From Methanomassiliicoccales archaeon (GTDB lineage Archaea > Thermoplasmatota > Thermoplasmata > Methanomassiliicoccales > UBA472): DNA of 60,347 bases. Position 1 is the first letter of the stretch, and each line of letters opens with the position of its first letter. Position numbers and translations under genes: made by a program. The notes beneath the pieces are model-generated. The model saw nothing but the letters and a program-made list of their open reading frames with translations. It searched no databases and was not told the DNA's origin. The DNA lies in NCBI GenBank assembly GCA_016926075.1, contig JAFGPG010000057.1, positions 1 to 60,347 on the forward strand, in the 5' to 3' direction. Shown here one piece after another: positions 1 through 9,389 of the stretch.

Positions 1-507
1 CTGCGGCAGATCCTGGCGGAAGGGGAGGACTTCGATCTCCTCACCATGGGGAGGCCGGAGGGCCCGGGCTGCTATTGCTACGTGAACGACCTGCTGCGGC
101 TTTTCGTGGACCGGCTGATGAGCTCGTACGACCACGTGGTCATCGACAACGAGGCGGGCATGGAGCACCTTTCCAGGCGCACGGCCAGGGACATCGACCT
201 CCTCCTGCTGGTCTCCGATCCCACCCCGGTGGGGGTGAACACTGCCAAGCGCCTCTCGGACCTGGCCGACGAGCTATCGTTGAAGGTCAGGAGAAGGTTC
301 CTGCTGATCAACGGCCTACGTCCCGGGGAGGAGGCCCGCGCCCGGGAACTGGCGGCCGTCACCGACCTGGACCACGTGGTCCTGCACGAGGATGAAAGTG
401 TACGACAGGCCTCCTTCGAGGGCCTTCCGCTCACAGGGGACGGGTCCCTCGCCCAAGAGGTACGGACCCTCATCGCGGAGTTCTTCCCCTCCAGTAAGCG
501 AAAATGA
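1..507 (+). CDS. cooC: CooC/AcsF-type nickel-insertion ATPase (5'-truncated)
   Basis: Frame open from base 1; GRPEGPGCYC (CxC Ni motif) and VVIDNEAGMEHLSRRT signatures; next to the ACS operon. Confidence 0.9.
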   Translation: MRQILAEGEDFDLLTMGRPEGPGCYCYVNDLLRLFVDRLMSSYDHVVIDNEAGMEHLSRRTARDIDLLLLVSDPTPVGVNTAKRLSDLADELSLKVRRRFLLINGLRPGEEARARELAAVTDLDHVVLHEDESVRQASFEGLPLTGDGSLAQEVRTLIAEFFPSSKRK

Positions 508-910
508 GGGTGACCACGGTCACCGTCAGTATCACGCTCATGACCAGGACGGGCAGGTCGTCCGAGGGCGGTGGCACCTCCACCACCTCGCTCCTCGCCC
601 CCTCCCCATTGCTGAAGTTGGCGCTGATGGCGTAATAGTACGTCGTCCCGCGCAGCACCTCCAGGTCGTAGCCGGCGGTGTAGTTGACGTCCACGGAATC
701 GTAGAAGGTGAGGTTGTCCGGTTCCATGCCCCGGTAAATGTTGTAATGCAGCACCGTTCCCTCCAATGGAGGCTGCCAGGACAGGAGTATGCGGCCGCCC
801 TCCCGTACCGCGCGGAAGTCCGTCGGGACCTCCGACCCCCCTACGGAGGCGGTCCCCGCAGCCAGTAACAGAAAGGTCAGAAGGAGGACCAGAACGCCAC
901 GTCGATGCAC
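470..910 (-). CDS. Small membrane-anchored fibronectin type III domain protein
   Basis: Signal peptide, LSWQPP...YNIYRG...TTYYYAISA Fn3 pattern, C-terminal TM helix. Confidence 0.8.
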   Translation of the reverse strand: MHRRGVLVLLLTFLLLAAGTASVGGSEVPTDFRAVREGGRILLSWQPPLEGTVLHYNIYRGMEPDNLTFYDSVDVNYTAGYDLEVLRGTTYYYAISANFSNGEGARSEVVEVPPPSDDLPVLVMSVILTVTVVTLIFAYWRGRTPR

Positions 911-1007
911 GGATGGACATGGTCCAGACGGTTCAAAATGCTTTTTGCGGTTCCGGAAAGATCGGATGAGATGCCCCGCACCACACCTGTCCGTATGCCC
1001 AGCCGCC

Positions 1008-2333
1008 CTATTCCAAGGACCTCAGGAACTTTGGAAGCCCGGAGGACTCCTTGGGACCGACGATGATGTGCAGACCGGTGGCATCGTTCAGCTTGACGCT
1101 CATGCGGGCCACCATGCCCGGTATGACCAGGACCCCCTTGCTGGACCTTTGGAGCGCACCGCTGGCCTCGAGGGCCGCCTGGACCGATCCGGCGGTGAGC
1201 TTGCCCGCGGAGTAGGCTGTGAGTACCGACAACCCCTCGGTGTCCACCACCTGGAGCCAGACAGGCACCTTGCTCTTCTCTATGTCCGAGAGCACGGTGA
1301 AGTAGGTCAGGGAGAAGTTGGTGGTGAACAGCAGCGGCGCCTCCGGCCCGGGATTGTTGACCGGGTAGAGGTCCGGCCTCACCTGAATGGGGACCTGGGG
1401 GTCCGTATAGATGTTCTGCCGCAGCACCATCAAGGGAAGCGCGTTCGCCGCCGGCAGCCCCTCGAACGACAGCAGGCTCCCGTATTTCATCACCGCGGTC
1501 GAGGCCATCAGCATGCCGTCCCGACCCTCCGGGATGCCCAGGTATATGGGATATCCCAATCCCCGGAAGGTCTTGCGTATGGCGCTGCGCCGGATGACGG
1601 TGCAGCGTTCCAGGAGCTCCTTGAGATTGGTGGCCAGGGGGTCCAGCACCAGGTCCTCGACGCCCTCCTGGCGGGCAGAGGCCGCCAGATCCGCCAGCTC
1701 TTCCAGGTCCGCGGCGCACACCACCAGGGGACATCCAGCGGCCTTGGCCAGAGCCGCCATCCCCTTCAGGTTGGCTGTGGAGGCGCCGTGCAGCAAGGGC
1801 CTCCGGTCCTTGACCATCTCTACGGCGGCCGACATGACCGCAGGGTCGCCGCAACGCAGCATCAACGGCCATTCGATGGCCTCGGCCACCGTGCGCACGA
1901 ATGAGGCGAACCTCTCCGGGTCCCCGGAGCGGCACTCCACCTCCACCGCGTCCATCCTGAGCACCTGACCCACGCGCTCGAAGCACAGGGAACGGGCGTA
2001 GGCCAATCTCCCTTCCAACCCCTCGCTGTCCAGGTCGTCCGCCACCCTCAGGGCGAAGGCCGTGGGATGGAAGAAGCGCTTGTCATGCCGGTACAGCTCC
2101 GTCTCGTCGCCCATCTCCAGTGCGTTCTCGCCCCCTCCCACCCTCACCAGGCGTATGGGGGGCGCGGAGGACCCGGCCAGGGCTGCGCGCCCCTCGTCGC
2201 TGAGATAGGGGCAGTCCTCCAGCTTGGCCTTGTTGTTGGCCAGCTGCATGGCGAAGGCCAGGCAGGTGGGGTACTTGCACTCCCCGCAGTTCTTCTTGGG
2301 GAGATGCTTAAAGATCTCGATGGCGGTGGGCAT
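1008..2333 (-). CDS. acsC: Corrinoid Fe-S protein large subunit (ACDS gamma, AcsC/CdhE)
   Basis: Starts MPTAIEIFKHLPKKNCGECKYPTCLAFA (4Fe-4S motif); RQNIYTDPQVP, TTNFSLTYF, GLSVLTAYSAGK; ATG overlaps the TGA of acsD. Confidence 0.95.
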   Translation of the reverse strand: MPTAIEIFKHLPKKNCGECKYPTCLAFAMQLANNKAKLEDCPYLSDEGRAALAGSSAPPIRLVRVGGGENALEMGDETELYRHDKRFFHPTAFALRVADDLDSEGLEGRLAYARSLCFERVGQVLRMDAVEVECRSGDPERFASFVRTVAEAIEWPLMLRCGDPAVMSAAVEMVKDRRPLLHGASTANLKGMAALAKAAGCPLVVCAADLEELADLAASARQEGVEDLVLDPLATNLKELLERCTVIRRSAIRKTFRGLGYPIYLGIPEGRDGMLMASTAVMKYGSLLSFEGLPAANALPLMVLRQNIYTDPQVPIQVRPDLYPVNNPGPEAPLLFTTNFSLTYFTVLSDIEKSKVPVWLQVVDTEGLSVLTAYSAGKLTAGSVQAALEASGALQRSSKGVLVIPGMVARMSVKLNDATGLHIIVGPKESSGLPKFLRSLE

Positions 2334-3283
2334 CAGGCCTCCCCCCGAAGCCCCTTGACCGCCCGGCGGGCCAGCTCCATGGCCTCCGGATGGGCCAACA
2401 CCAGCAGGTCCGCCCCGGAGAGAAGGGCGGCCAGCGCCGTGGTGGCCTCCCACCACACGCCCCTTTCCAAGGTGTCCCCGGCCTGGGGGATATCGTCCGT
2501 GGCCTCCCGGGCCTTCCAGGACGAGCTGCAGTCGCATATCATGGGCACCTGCAGCATGCCGTCACCGCTCAACGCCGCCAGGCGGATGCGCTCGTTGACC
2601 GAGTAGGAGTATTCCAGTCCCATGCCCAATGCCGCCATGAGGGGGTCTATGACGATGTCCCCCTTCCCCACCCCGAAGTCCGTGAGCAGGATGACGATCT
2701 GCTTGGCCAGGTTGATGTCCAGATTGGAGAAGCCGATGACCGCGTGCCCGTTGGCCATGGCCGCGGCGGCGATCGATTTATATCCGCCCTCCTCGGCGTG
2801 GCCCAAGAGCAGACGCTCCCCCCTGGCCCTCTCCCCCACCAGCTCCAGCACCTTGGCGTCCTTCTCCTCGTGCCCGCTCCCGTACACGATGAGCGGCAGG
2901 GGCACGGCCCTCAGCACGGCCAGGACGGTCTCCGCCGCGCTCTCGGGGGAGGCGTCCCCCTCCTCAGGGTTGGTGGAGGTCAGGCGCAGGCAGACGAGGT
3001 CCGCACCGCGGGAGGCCCAGGCACGGGCCCATCTCACCGGATCGCCAGCATCTTCCCCGAAGGCGTCCCGCACCGGCTGGGGCACATCCTCCAGGGAGTC
3101 GGCCACCAGTCCGGCCAGGGCCACCGTGCGGGGTGTGGCGTCCTCGAAGGACAGGAACGGCGCTCCCTGGTTACCTCCCAGTCGCACCGGTTCCCTGCTC
3201 CCTCCTTTCTCCCTTGGGACACCCAGCTCCAGCTCGCCTATCGCGCCTGTCCACTTCTCCTTGGGCACCGGTACCTTCGTCAC
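2333..3283 (-). CDS. acsD: Corrinoid Fe-S protein small subunit (ACDS delta, AcsD/CdhD)
   Basis: DINLAKQ, LGMGLEYSYSVNERIRLAALSGDGMLQVPM, WEATTA, GADLLVLAHP motifs. Confidence 0.95.
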   Translation of the reverse strand: MTKVPVPKEKWTGAIGELELGVPREKGGSREPVRLGGNQGAPFLSFEDATPRTVALAGLVADSLEDVPQPVRDAFGEDAGDPVRWARAWASRGADLVCLRLTSTNPEEGDASPESAAETVLAVLRAVPLPLIVYGSGHEEKDAKVLELVGERARGERLLLGHAEEGGYKSIAAAAMANGHAVIGFSNLDINLAKQIVILLTDFGVGKGDIVIDPLMAALGMGLEYSYSVNERIRLAALSGDGMLQVPMICDCSSSWKAREATDDIPQAGDTLERGVWWEATTALAALLSGADLLVLAHPEAMELARRAVKGLRGEA

Positions 3284-3292
3284 GCTCTCACC

Positions 3293-6259
3293 TCACAGCA
3301 AGGGGGGCATCCGCAGGGCGGGATGGTCCACCTCGAGCATCCATCTCATCAATCCCTCGGCGTCGGTGACCTTGGTCTCGTCGGCCACCTTTTCCAGGAA
3401 ATCGGGCACACCCAATTCCCTGGCCCTATTAATAAGCTCCTCCCTCATGTCCTCCTTGAGGGAGGAGGGCATCCAGGAGATGCGCAGGAAACCGCCGTCG
3501 GCGGAGATGAACTTCTTGCTCACCAGATAACGGCGCCCCACGCCGATGAAGCCCGGGGTCTGCCTGCCCCCTCCGATGTTGCCGGCCAAGGTGGTGAACC
3601 TCATGCCCACCGGGGTAATGTCCGGGAACTCCCGGTTCACCACGATGACTGACTGCATGTCCGGGCTCATGGCCACGATGCACTCGAAGCAGCCGCAGGA
3701 GGTCATGGGGTCCTCCATCATGCTATAGGCGCAGAAACGTGCTATCTTACCGTGCGTCAGGGAGGCCACCGCGTCGTTGACCCCCTCCCAGGAACCCTTT
3801 GACGCGTCCTCCACCTCCCCCTTCGGGATGGGCTGGTTGGGACCGGAGGGCACTATCTCCCTGCCCGTCCGGGCGTCCAACCAGTTGATGGCCCCGCATA
3901 GCCCCGGCCGCTCGGGAGTGATCACGCACACGTGGTCCGGGGCGAAGGACTGGCACATGAGGCAGGAGTAGAAGGTGTCCACGCTCTCGTCGGTCAGCCC
4001 CGCCATGCGCTCCTCCCTTTCCCTATACGCCGTCAGGGCCTCCGGCAACCTCCTCTCCAGCTCCTGCTGGTCGGTGACGATGGTCACCTGCACCCGGGAC
4101 ACGATGTTCCCGAACTCCTCCTTGAGCTTGGTGACCAGTATGTTCCCCAGGTGTCTTAGGCGGAGACCGGCCCGGAACGCCTTCTTGCTCAAACGCACCC
4201 AGTTCAGGTTCCTCTGCCCGGTATGCCATAGGCCCTCGGCGTAATTGAGGTAGAGATGGATACGGCGCTCCATGACCGACTCGAAATCCCTCTGCATGCG
4301 CTTGCCGAAGACGTCCACCAGTATCGCCATGGGGGACTGCGAGCCCTCCGGCATGCTATCCACGTCCGCACCGATGACCCGGACTTCCCCGTCCCGTACC
4401 TGGTCCTCGGGCCTGCACATCAGCAGCTCGAAGGAGGCGGTGCGCCCGCCCCCCGCTTCCAGATAGGTGTCCGGCCGGCGTACCGTCTCTCCCTCGAAGG
4501 CCGGTCCGAAGGGAACCGGGACGTCCACCTCGGTCATCGCCACCCGTATGTCCCGCGCTTCCAGACCGCCCTGCAGCATGTCCTCTGGTCCCTTATGGAA
4601 CAACAGGTCCGGCACCCCCTCCACCAGCTGGTCGGTGACGATGGGCACGTGGTGCGTCAGCGCGGCCAGGGCCATGGCCGCCCGGCAGGCGTCCAGGTGG
4701 CCGAAGTGCAGCACGAAGGCCTTGGGCCTCTTGGCCAGGTAGGCGGAGAGGCGCTCCGCGTCCCCCTTCTGCACCCCTCCGAAGGAGAGAGCGGCCCGGA
4801 CGATGAAGTCCAGGGCGTGCACCAGTTGGGTGAAGTCGCCCAGAGGGTAGAGCATCATCCCCAGCCCCATCTGCACCTCCTTCTCCCGCAGCACCTCCAC
4901 CACCTCGTCCACGGCCATGATGAGCATGCCCCGGGCCTGCAGCTGACGGACGGTGTCCAGCAGCTGTCGGCCGTCCTGCGGCGCCCCCATGAGCACCGCC
5001 GCACCCGGTATGGTGTCGTCCACGAAGGCCAGCCCCAGCTCGCGCAGCACCCTGTCCGGGACGAAGCCCACGGTAGCCGTGCCCGCGTGCGGGTCCCCGT
5101 CCAGGTAGCGTAGCGCCTCAAGGACTTCCGTAGCCAACAGGGCGCGGCGTCCGGCCTCCAACGCATCCTCCAACCCCCGTCCCGAGGGCAATCGGGAATG
5201 ACCGTTCACCAGCTCCAGAAGTTCCTCGGTATCGGTCACCTCGATCCCGTTCCAACCCAGGGCGCACGGTAGACCGTAGGCCGTCCCTGGATATTCCACG
5301 GGCACATTCCCCCTCCTTCGCAGGGCAGAGAGGACGCCGACCCGAGCAAGGGCCAACAGCAGCTCCGCGCCGTGGAACCCCAGGGCGATCACCTGGGCGT
5401 TGCTGACCTGGGCGGGGGCCGGAGGCGCGTAGCGATGAGGAAGCCCGCACATCCAGCGACGACGTTCCATCTCCCGTGAGAAGGACGCCTGGTCGAAGTG
5501 CAAGACCCCCCCAAAGAGGTCCCGGCAGGTATGGGCGAAGAACTCTCGGGCCGGATCGTCCATGTGCTTTCCGAGGTAGAGCACGGGAAACCCCATCAGC
5601 ACCTGTTCCAGCGCCAGGGCTAGGTCGGCGGTGCGCGCTCCCACGGGAAGATGGGAGAAGGGGGCACCCCATTTGCGGGACAGCTCCCTGCGCAATCGTC
5701 CCAGCGCCAGGTACGTGTCTTCCCGTCCCCCCTCCATCAAGGGAGGTCGGCCATCGGTCCCCGACAGGCTCCAGCGCTCGCCCTCCCCCTGCCATACCAC
5801 ACCTCGGATGAGCCCCTCGGCCATTTCATGACCGCTATCGGAAGGGAGATGCTCCTGTTCCGGTACCTCCTGCACGGCCATCAGGCATCGGCCCAGCATG
5901 GCCCAGGCCAGGGACTCCCGCAAGGCCAGGATGAGAAGGTAGGCCTCCTCATCAGGGATATCTTCCAGGGGGGCGAGCAGCCCGAAACGTTCCCAGTCCC
6001 TGCTTTCCCGTGGGGCCCAAGGCTCCAGGCCCGCGGCCTTTGACAGGTCCCTGGAGGTCAGTTCCAGGCAGAGGGAGAGGTCTACGGACCACAGGTCCTC
6101 CGTCCACAGCAGGTCCCCGATCCGGCGAACAATGTCCCCCACCACACCATGGCCGGGGTTCCGTTCCAGCAAGGCCAAGCGACCCTTCCGAGCGGACCGC
6201 AGATCTCTCACGATATCCTTGGTCGAGATGGCACAGCTGTCCACTGGGTCTTCGGTCAA
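3293..6259 (-). CDS. acsB: Bacterial-type acetyl-CoA synthase (AcsB) with N-terminal CODH-like extension, ~988 aa
   Basis: A-cluster motifs FYSCLMCQSFAPDHVCVITPERPGLCGA and PMTSCGCFEC; bacterial AcsB N-domain (YPGTAYGLP, DDTIPGAAV); TTG start at 6259 with GGAGAGGT SD upstream. Confidence 0.92.
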   Translation of the reverse strand: MTEDPVDSCAISTKDIVRDLRSARKGRLALLERNPGHGVVGDIVRRIGDLLWTEDLWSVDLSLCLELTSRDLSKAAGLEPWAPRESRDWERFGLLAPLEDIPDEEAYLLILALRESLAWAMLGRCLMAVQEVPEQEHLPSDSGHEMAEGLIRGVVWQGEGERWSLSGTDGRPPLMEGGREDTYLALGRLRRELSRKWGAPFSHLPVGARTADLALALEQVLMGFPVLYLGKHMDDPAREFFAHTCRDLFGGVLHFDQASFSREMERRRWMCGLPHRYAPPAPAQVSNAQVIALGFHGAELLLALARVGVLSALRRRGNVPVEYPGTAYGLPCALGWNGIEVTDTEELLELVNGHSRLPSGRGLEDALEAGRRALLATEVLEALRYLDGDPHAGTATVGFVPDRVLRELGLAFVDDTIPGAAVLMGAPQDGRQLLDTVRQLQARGMLIMAVDEVVEVLREKEVQMGLGMMLYPLGDFTQLVHALDFIVRAALSFGGVQKGDAERLSAYLAKRPKAFVLHFGHLDACRAAMALAALTHHVPIVTDQLVEGVPDLLFHKGPEDMLQGGLEARDIRVAMTEVDVPVPFGPAFEGETVRRPDTYLEAGGGRTASFELLMCRPEDQVRDGEVRVIGADVDSMPEGSQSPMAILVDVFGKRMQRDFESVMERRIHLYLNYAEGLWHTGQRNLNWVRLSKKAFRAGLRLRHLGNILVTKLKEEFGNIVSRVQVTIVTDQQELERRLPEALTAYREREERMAGLTDESVDTFYSCLMCQSFAPDHVCVITPERPGLCGAINWLDARTGREIVPSGPNQPIPKGEVEDASKGSWEGVNDAVASLTHGKIARFCAYSMMEDPMTSCGCFECIVAMSPDMQSVIVVNREFPDITPVGMRFTTLAGNIGGGRQTPGFIGVGRRYLVSKKFISADGGFLRISWMPSSLKEDMREELINRARELGVPDFLEKVADETKVTDAEGLMRWMLEVDHPALRMPPLL

Positions 6260-6398
6260 TCGAACCTCTCCTCCGAAAGACCATCGTTCTACCCACGATA
6301 TAAATGTGTACCGGCTTTGACCATCGCGAGGTGACGGAACTAGGGTTCGATGCACTTAATACGGAGCCCCGTCATATGAATGGGAGAGGGGAAAAGAG

Positions 6399-7973
6399 AT
6401 GAGCTTCAGGAACCAGAATACGTACGAGGTCATGGTCAGGGAAGGTGAGGGGTCGGCGTTCCACTCCCGCTTCGAAAGGGCGGTGGAGCGTTTCGAGCAG
6501 TCCCTGGAGGTGGTGACCAGGTACGATAGCATCGTGGACGGAAGGCCGATGTCCAACGGCAAGTACCTCAGGGACACCAGTCCCATGGACACCGGACTGG
6601 TCCTGGGGGAGTTCTCCTCGGGAGGCGAGCAGGAGGCCGCCGCGGCCATCGATGCCGCCCGCCGGGCCTTCGTCACCTGGTCGGTGATGGACCTCGACAA
6701 AAGGTTGGCCATCTTCCGCAAGGCGGCCGAGATCATGCGCCGCGAGCTGTTCGAGCTGGCCGCGGCCATATGCTACGACGACGGCAAGAACCGCTACGAG
6801 GCGGTGGGAGAGGTGGACGAGGCCATCGACTTCATCTCCTACTACACGGAACAGATGGAGCTCAATGACGGGTTCCGGGAGAAGAGACCTCCGGCATACG
6901 ATGATGAAAGCCCCATCAGCGTCATGCGCCCCTATGGAGTGTGGGCGGTGGTCTGTCCCTTCAACTTCCCCATCGCCATCACCACCGGCATGCTCACCGC
7001 GGCCATCATCACCGGTAACACCGCTGTGCTCAAGCCCTCCACCGTCGCCCCCCTGGGCGTGCACATGGTCTATGACGTGTACGAGCGAGCGGGCATCCCT
7101 CCGGGGGTCATCAACCTGCTGTCCGGGCCCGGCTCCACGGCCGGACAGGCCCTCGTCTCCAGCGAGCGCATCGACGGCATCGCCTTCACCGGTTCCAAGG
7201 AGGTGGGATATCGCCTGCTGGCCTCCTCCCTGCGCCAGTACCCCATACCGGTGATCACTGAGATGGGAGGCAAGAACCCGGCCATTGTGACCGACAAGGC
7301 CGACCTGGCCAAGGCGGTGGCCGGTGTGGCCTCATCCGCCTTCGGCTTCGGCGGGCAGAAGTGCAGCGCCTGCTCCAGGGCCTACGTGCACGAACTGATC
7401 TACGATGAGTTCATGGTGAACCTGCTCAGGCAGGTCTCCCGTATGAAGGTGGGGGACCCCCGGGAGAAGGACACCTACATGGGGCCGGTCATACACCAGA
7501 AGGCGGTGGACGATTACCTCTCCTATGCCGACCTGGCCCGAAGGGACGGGGTGGTGCATCTGGGAGGGGAAAGGCTGGGTGGGGAGCTGAGCAAGGGGTA
7601 TTACGTGCAGCCCACTGTCGTGGGCAGCCTGCCAGAGTCCCATCGGCTGATCAAGAACGAGCTCTTCCTACCCTTCCTGTGCGTGCAGCGCTTCACAGAC
7701 CTGAAGGACGCGGTGAGGAGGGCCAACGACGTGGACTACGGACTGACCTCTGGCATATACTCCCGGGACCCGGAGGAGGTACGGTACTTCTTCGAGAACA
7801 TGGAGGCCGGGGTCTGCTATGCCAACAGGGCCCGGGGGGCCACCACCGCGGCCATGGTGGGGGCTCAGCCCTTCGGTGGCTGGAAGGGCAGTGGGTCGAC
7901 CGGGACGGGCAGCGGTACCGCCCTGTACCTGACCCAGTACATGAAGCAGCAGAGCAGGACCACGGTGCACTGA
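6399..7973 (+). CDS. Aldehyde dehydrogenase, 1-pyrroline-5-carboxylate dehydrogenase (RocA/PruA-like)
   Basis: PFNFP, FTGS, EMGGKN, FGFGGQKCSACS, QPFGGWKGSG. Confidence 0.88.
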   Translation: MSFRNQNTYEVMVREGEGSAFHSRFERAVERFEQSLEVVTRYDSIVDGRPMSNGKYLRDTSPMDTGLVLGEFSSGGEQEAAAAIDAARRAFVTWSVMDLDKRLAIFRKAAEIMRRELFELAAAICYDDGKNRYEAVGEVDEAIDFISYYTEQMELNDGFREKRPPAYDDESPISVMRPYGVWAVVCPFNFPIAITTGMLTAAIITGNTAVLKPSTVAPLGVHMVYDVYERAGIPPGVINLLSGPGSTAGQALVSSERIDGIAFTGSKEVGYRLLASSLRQYPIPVITEMGGKNPAIVTDKADLAKAVAGVASSAFGFGGQKCSACSRAYVHELIYDEFMVNLLRQVSRMKVGDPREKDTYMGPVIHQKAVDDYLSYADLARRDGVVHLGGERLGGELSKGYYVQPTVVGSLPESHRLIKNELFLPFLCVQRFTDLKDAVRRANDVDYGLTSGIYSRDPEEVRYFFENMEAGVCYANRARGATTAAMVGAQPFGGWKGSGSTGTGSGTALYLTQYMKQQSRTTVH

Positions 7974-8486
7974 TCATCCAGCGGCGGCCAAGACCCGCTC
8001 CCCGCCATTGCTGACGAGGAGCACGCCGCACCTGCTGAAGACCTGGAAGGGGTCCGGAAGGCACTCCCTGATACCGGTCCTGCCCCTTTCACCAAGGGTC
8101 CGAATGGCGCTCATCAGCTGCTCGCACATGGAGCGAGGGCTTCCGGCCTTCTCCAGATAGAAATCGGCACCGTTCTGCAGCGCATCGATGGCCAGCTCCT
8201 CCCGGCCGTTACCGATGAGCATGACGAAGGGTATGCGCCGGCACATGGACCGCAGCGCTCTCAGGAACTGAAGGCCGTCCATGCCCGGAAGGGAATGGTC
8301 GGAGACTATGACCTGATAGTCACCCTCCGCAGCCATCTCCAGGGCCTTGGCAGGAGAAGAGACGTACTCCGCATGCATGGTCTCACATCCCCTGAGGAAT
8401 TTTCGGCACAGGTCCAAAAAGGCGACCTCATCATCCAACACCAGCACCCTCATCTTGGACGAAGGTTCGGACACGCAATCCACCAT
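7974..8486 (-). CDS. Response-regulator receiver domain protein
   Basis: VLVLDDE, VIVSDHSLPGMDGLQFL, GADFYLEK. Confidence 0.85.
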   Translation of the reverse strand: MVDCVSEPSSKMRVLVLDDEVAFLDLCRKFLRGCETMHAEYVSSPAKALEMAAEGDYQVIVSDHSLPGMDGLQFLRALRSMCRRIPFVMLIGNGREELAIDALQNGADFYLEKAGSPRSMCEQLMSAIRTLGERGRTGIRECLPDPFQVFSRCGVLLVSNGGERVLAAAG

Positions 8487-8605
8487 CCCGATACGAACTA
8501 GCCTATCTGGTATATCTAACTGTCCCTCTCCTTATCGAAAGCGAAGGGCAGGACTCAGGACGATAGAATTATTATCGCATGAACCGCTAATCGCGTAGGG
8601 AGAAC

Positions 8606-9187
8606 ATGTTAGGACTGGAGAACATCGTGGGCAAGGAGATCATCACCGCGGACGCCATCATCTTGGGGACTGTGGAGGGCATAGCGCTGGACACCGACCT
8701 GTGGAAGGTGCCCGCCATCAGGGTCAGCGTGAAGAAGGGCAACGAGGCCGCCCTCAACCTGAAGAAGAAGACCCTGGGGGTCCAGAGGGTGCACGTGGTC
8801 ACCCCTCAGGTGTCGTCGGTCAGCGACACGGTCACGCTGGCCATCAAGATGGACAACATCAAGGAGGTCCTGATGGATGACCAGAAGGTGCCCATGGCCG
8901 CCGGGGAGCTTTTAAACAAGAAGGTGGTGGCCCATGACGGAAAGCAGATCGGATATTTGGATAACGTTTACTTCGAACCATCACAGGGGTGGGACGTGAC
9001 CAAGGTCAGTATCAAGCTGGATAAGACGGCCAAGCAGGCACTGGGCCTCAAGAAGGGCGTCGCCCCCTCCTCACAGATCGTCGTGCTGACCAAGGACATC
9101 AAGACGGTGGGGGACATGGTCATGCTGCGCTTGGACCTGGAAGGACTGAAGGATTACCTGCAGAAGAAGCCAGTATCCAAGAAATGA
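8606..9187 (+). CDS. Tandem PRC-barrel domain protein
   Basis: Two repeats: IVGKEIITADAIILGTVEGI and LLNKKVVAHDGKQIGYLDNV; IKTVGDMVML. Confidence 0.85.
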   Translation: MLGLENIVGKEIITADAIILGTVEGIALDTDLWKVPAIRVSVKKGNEAALNLKKKTLGVQRVHVVTPQVSSVSDTVTLAIKMDNIKEVLMDDQKVPMAAGELLNKKVVAHDGKQIGYLDNVYFEPSQGWDVTKVSIKLDKTAKQALGLKKGVAPSSQIVVLTKDIKTVGDMVMLRLDLEGLKDYLQKKPVSKK

Positions 9188-9389
9188 GATTCGAGCGCGT
9201 CAAACGTCCATAGGCCGATGACCTCCAGGACAATGGGAAGGGACGCGGCGTACGCCCGATTGGAGAGATGCACGCGACGTCACCACCGGGACCGTTACAG
9301 GTCGGAACCGTTCGTAGGGCCCCGAAAAGGGGAGCGGGTCCGACCCCGCGGTCGCAACCCATATCATCGAGGGGATCACTATCCCGGTC

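Noticed and set aside
936..1010. Pyrrolysine read-through of the acsC TAG (also checked for the TAG stops at 28680, 50973 and 58823)
   Set aside because: The proteins are already full length and the read-through sequence is short or not protein-like; no amber-split gene was found
2334..2537. N-terminal extension of the 509-aa acsC ORF
   Set aside because: Overlaps acsD; family homology begins at MPTAIEIF (2333)
9188..9389. Short GC hairpins (CCCC-GAAAA-GGGG, CGACC-CCGC-GGTCG) and small ORFs
   Set aside because: Stems of 4-5 bp are expected by chance at this GC content; no recognisable RNA or protein motif
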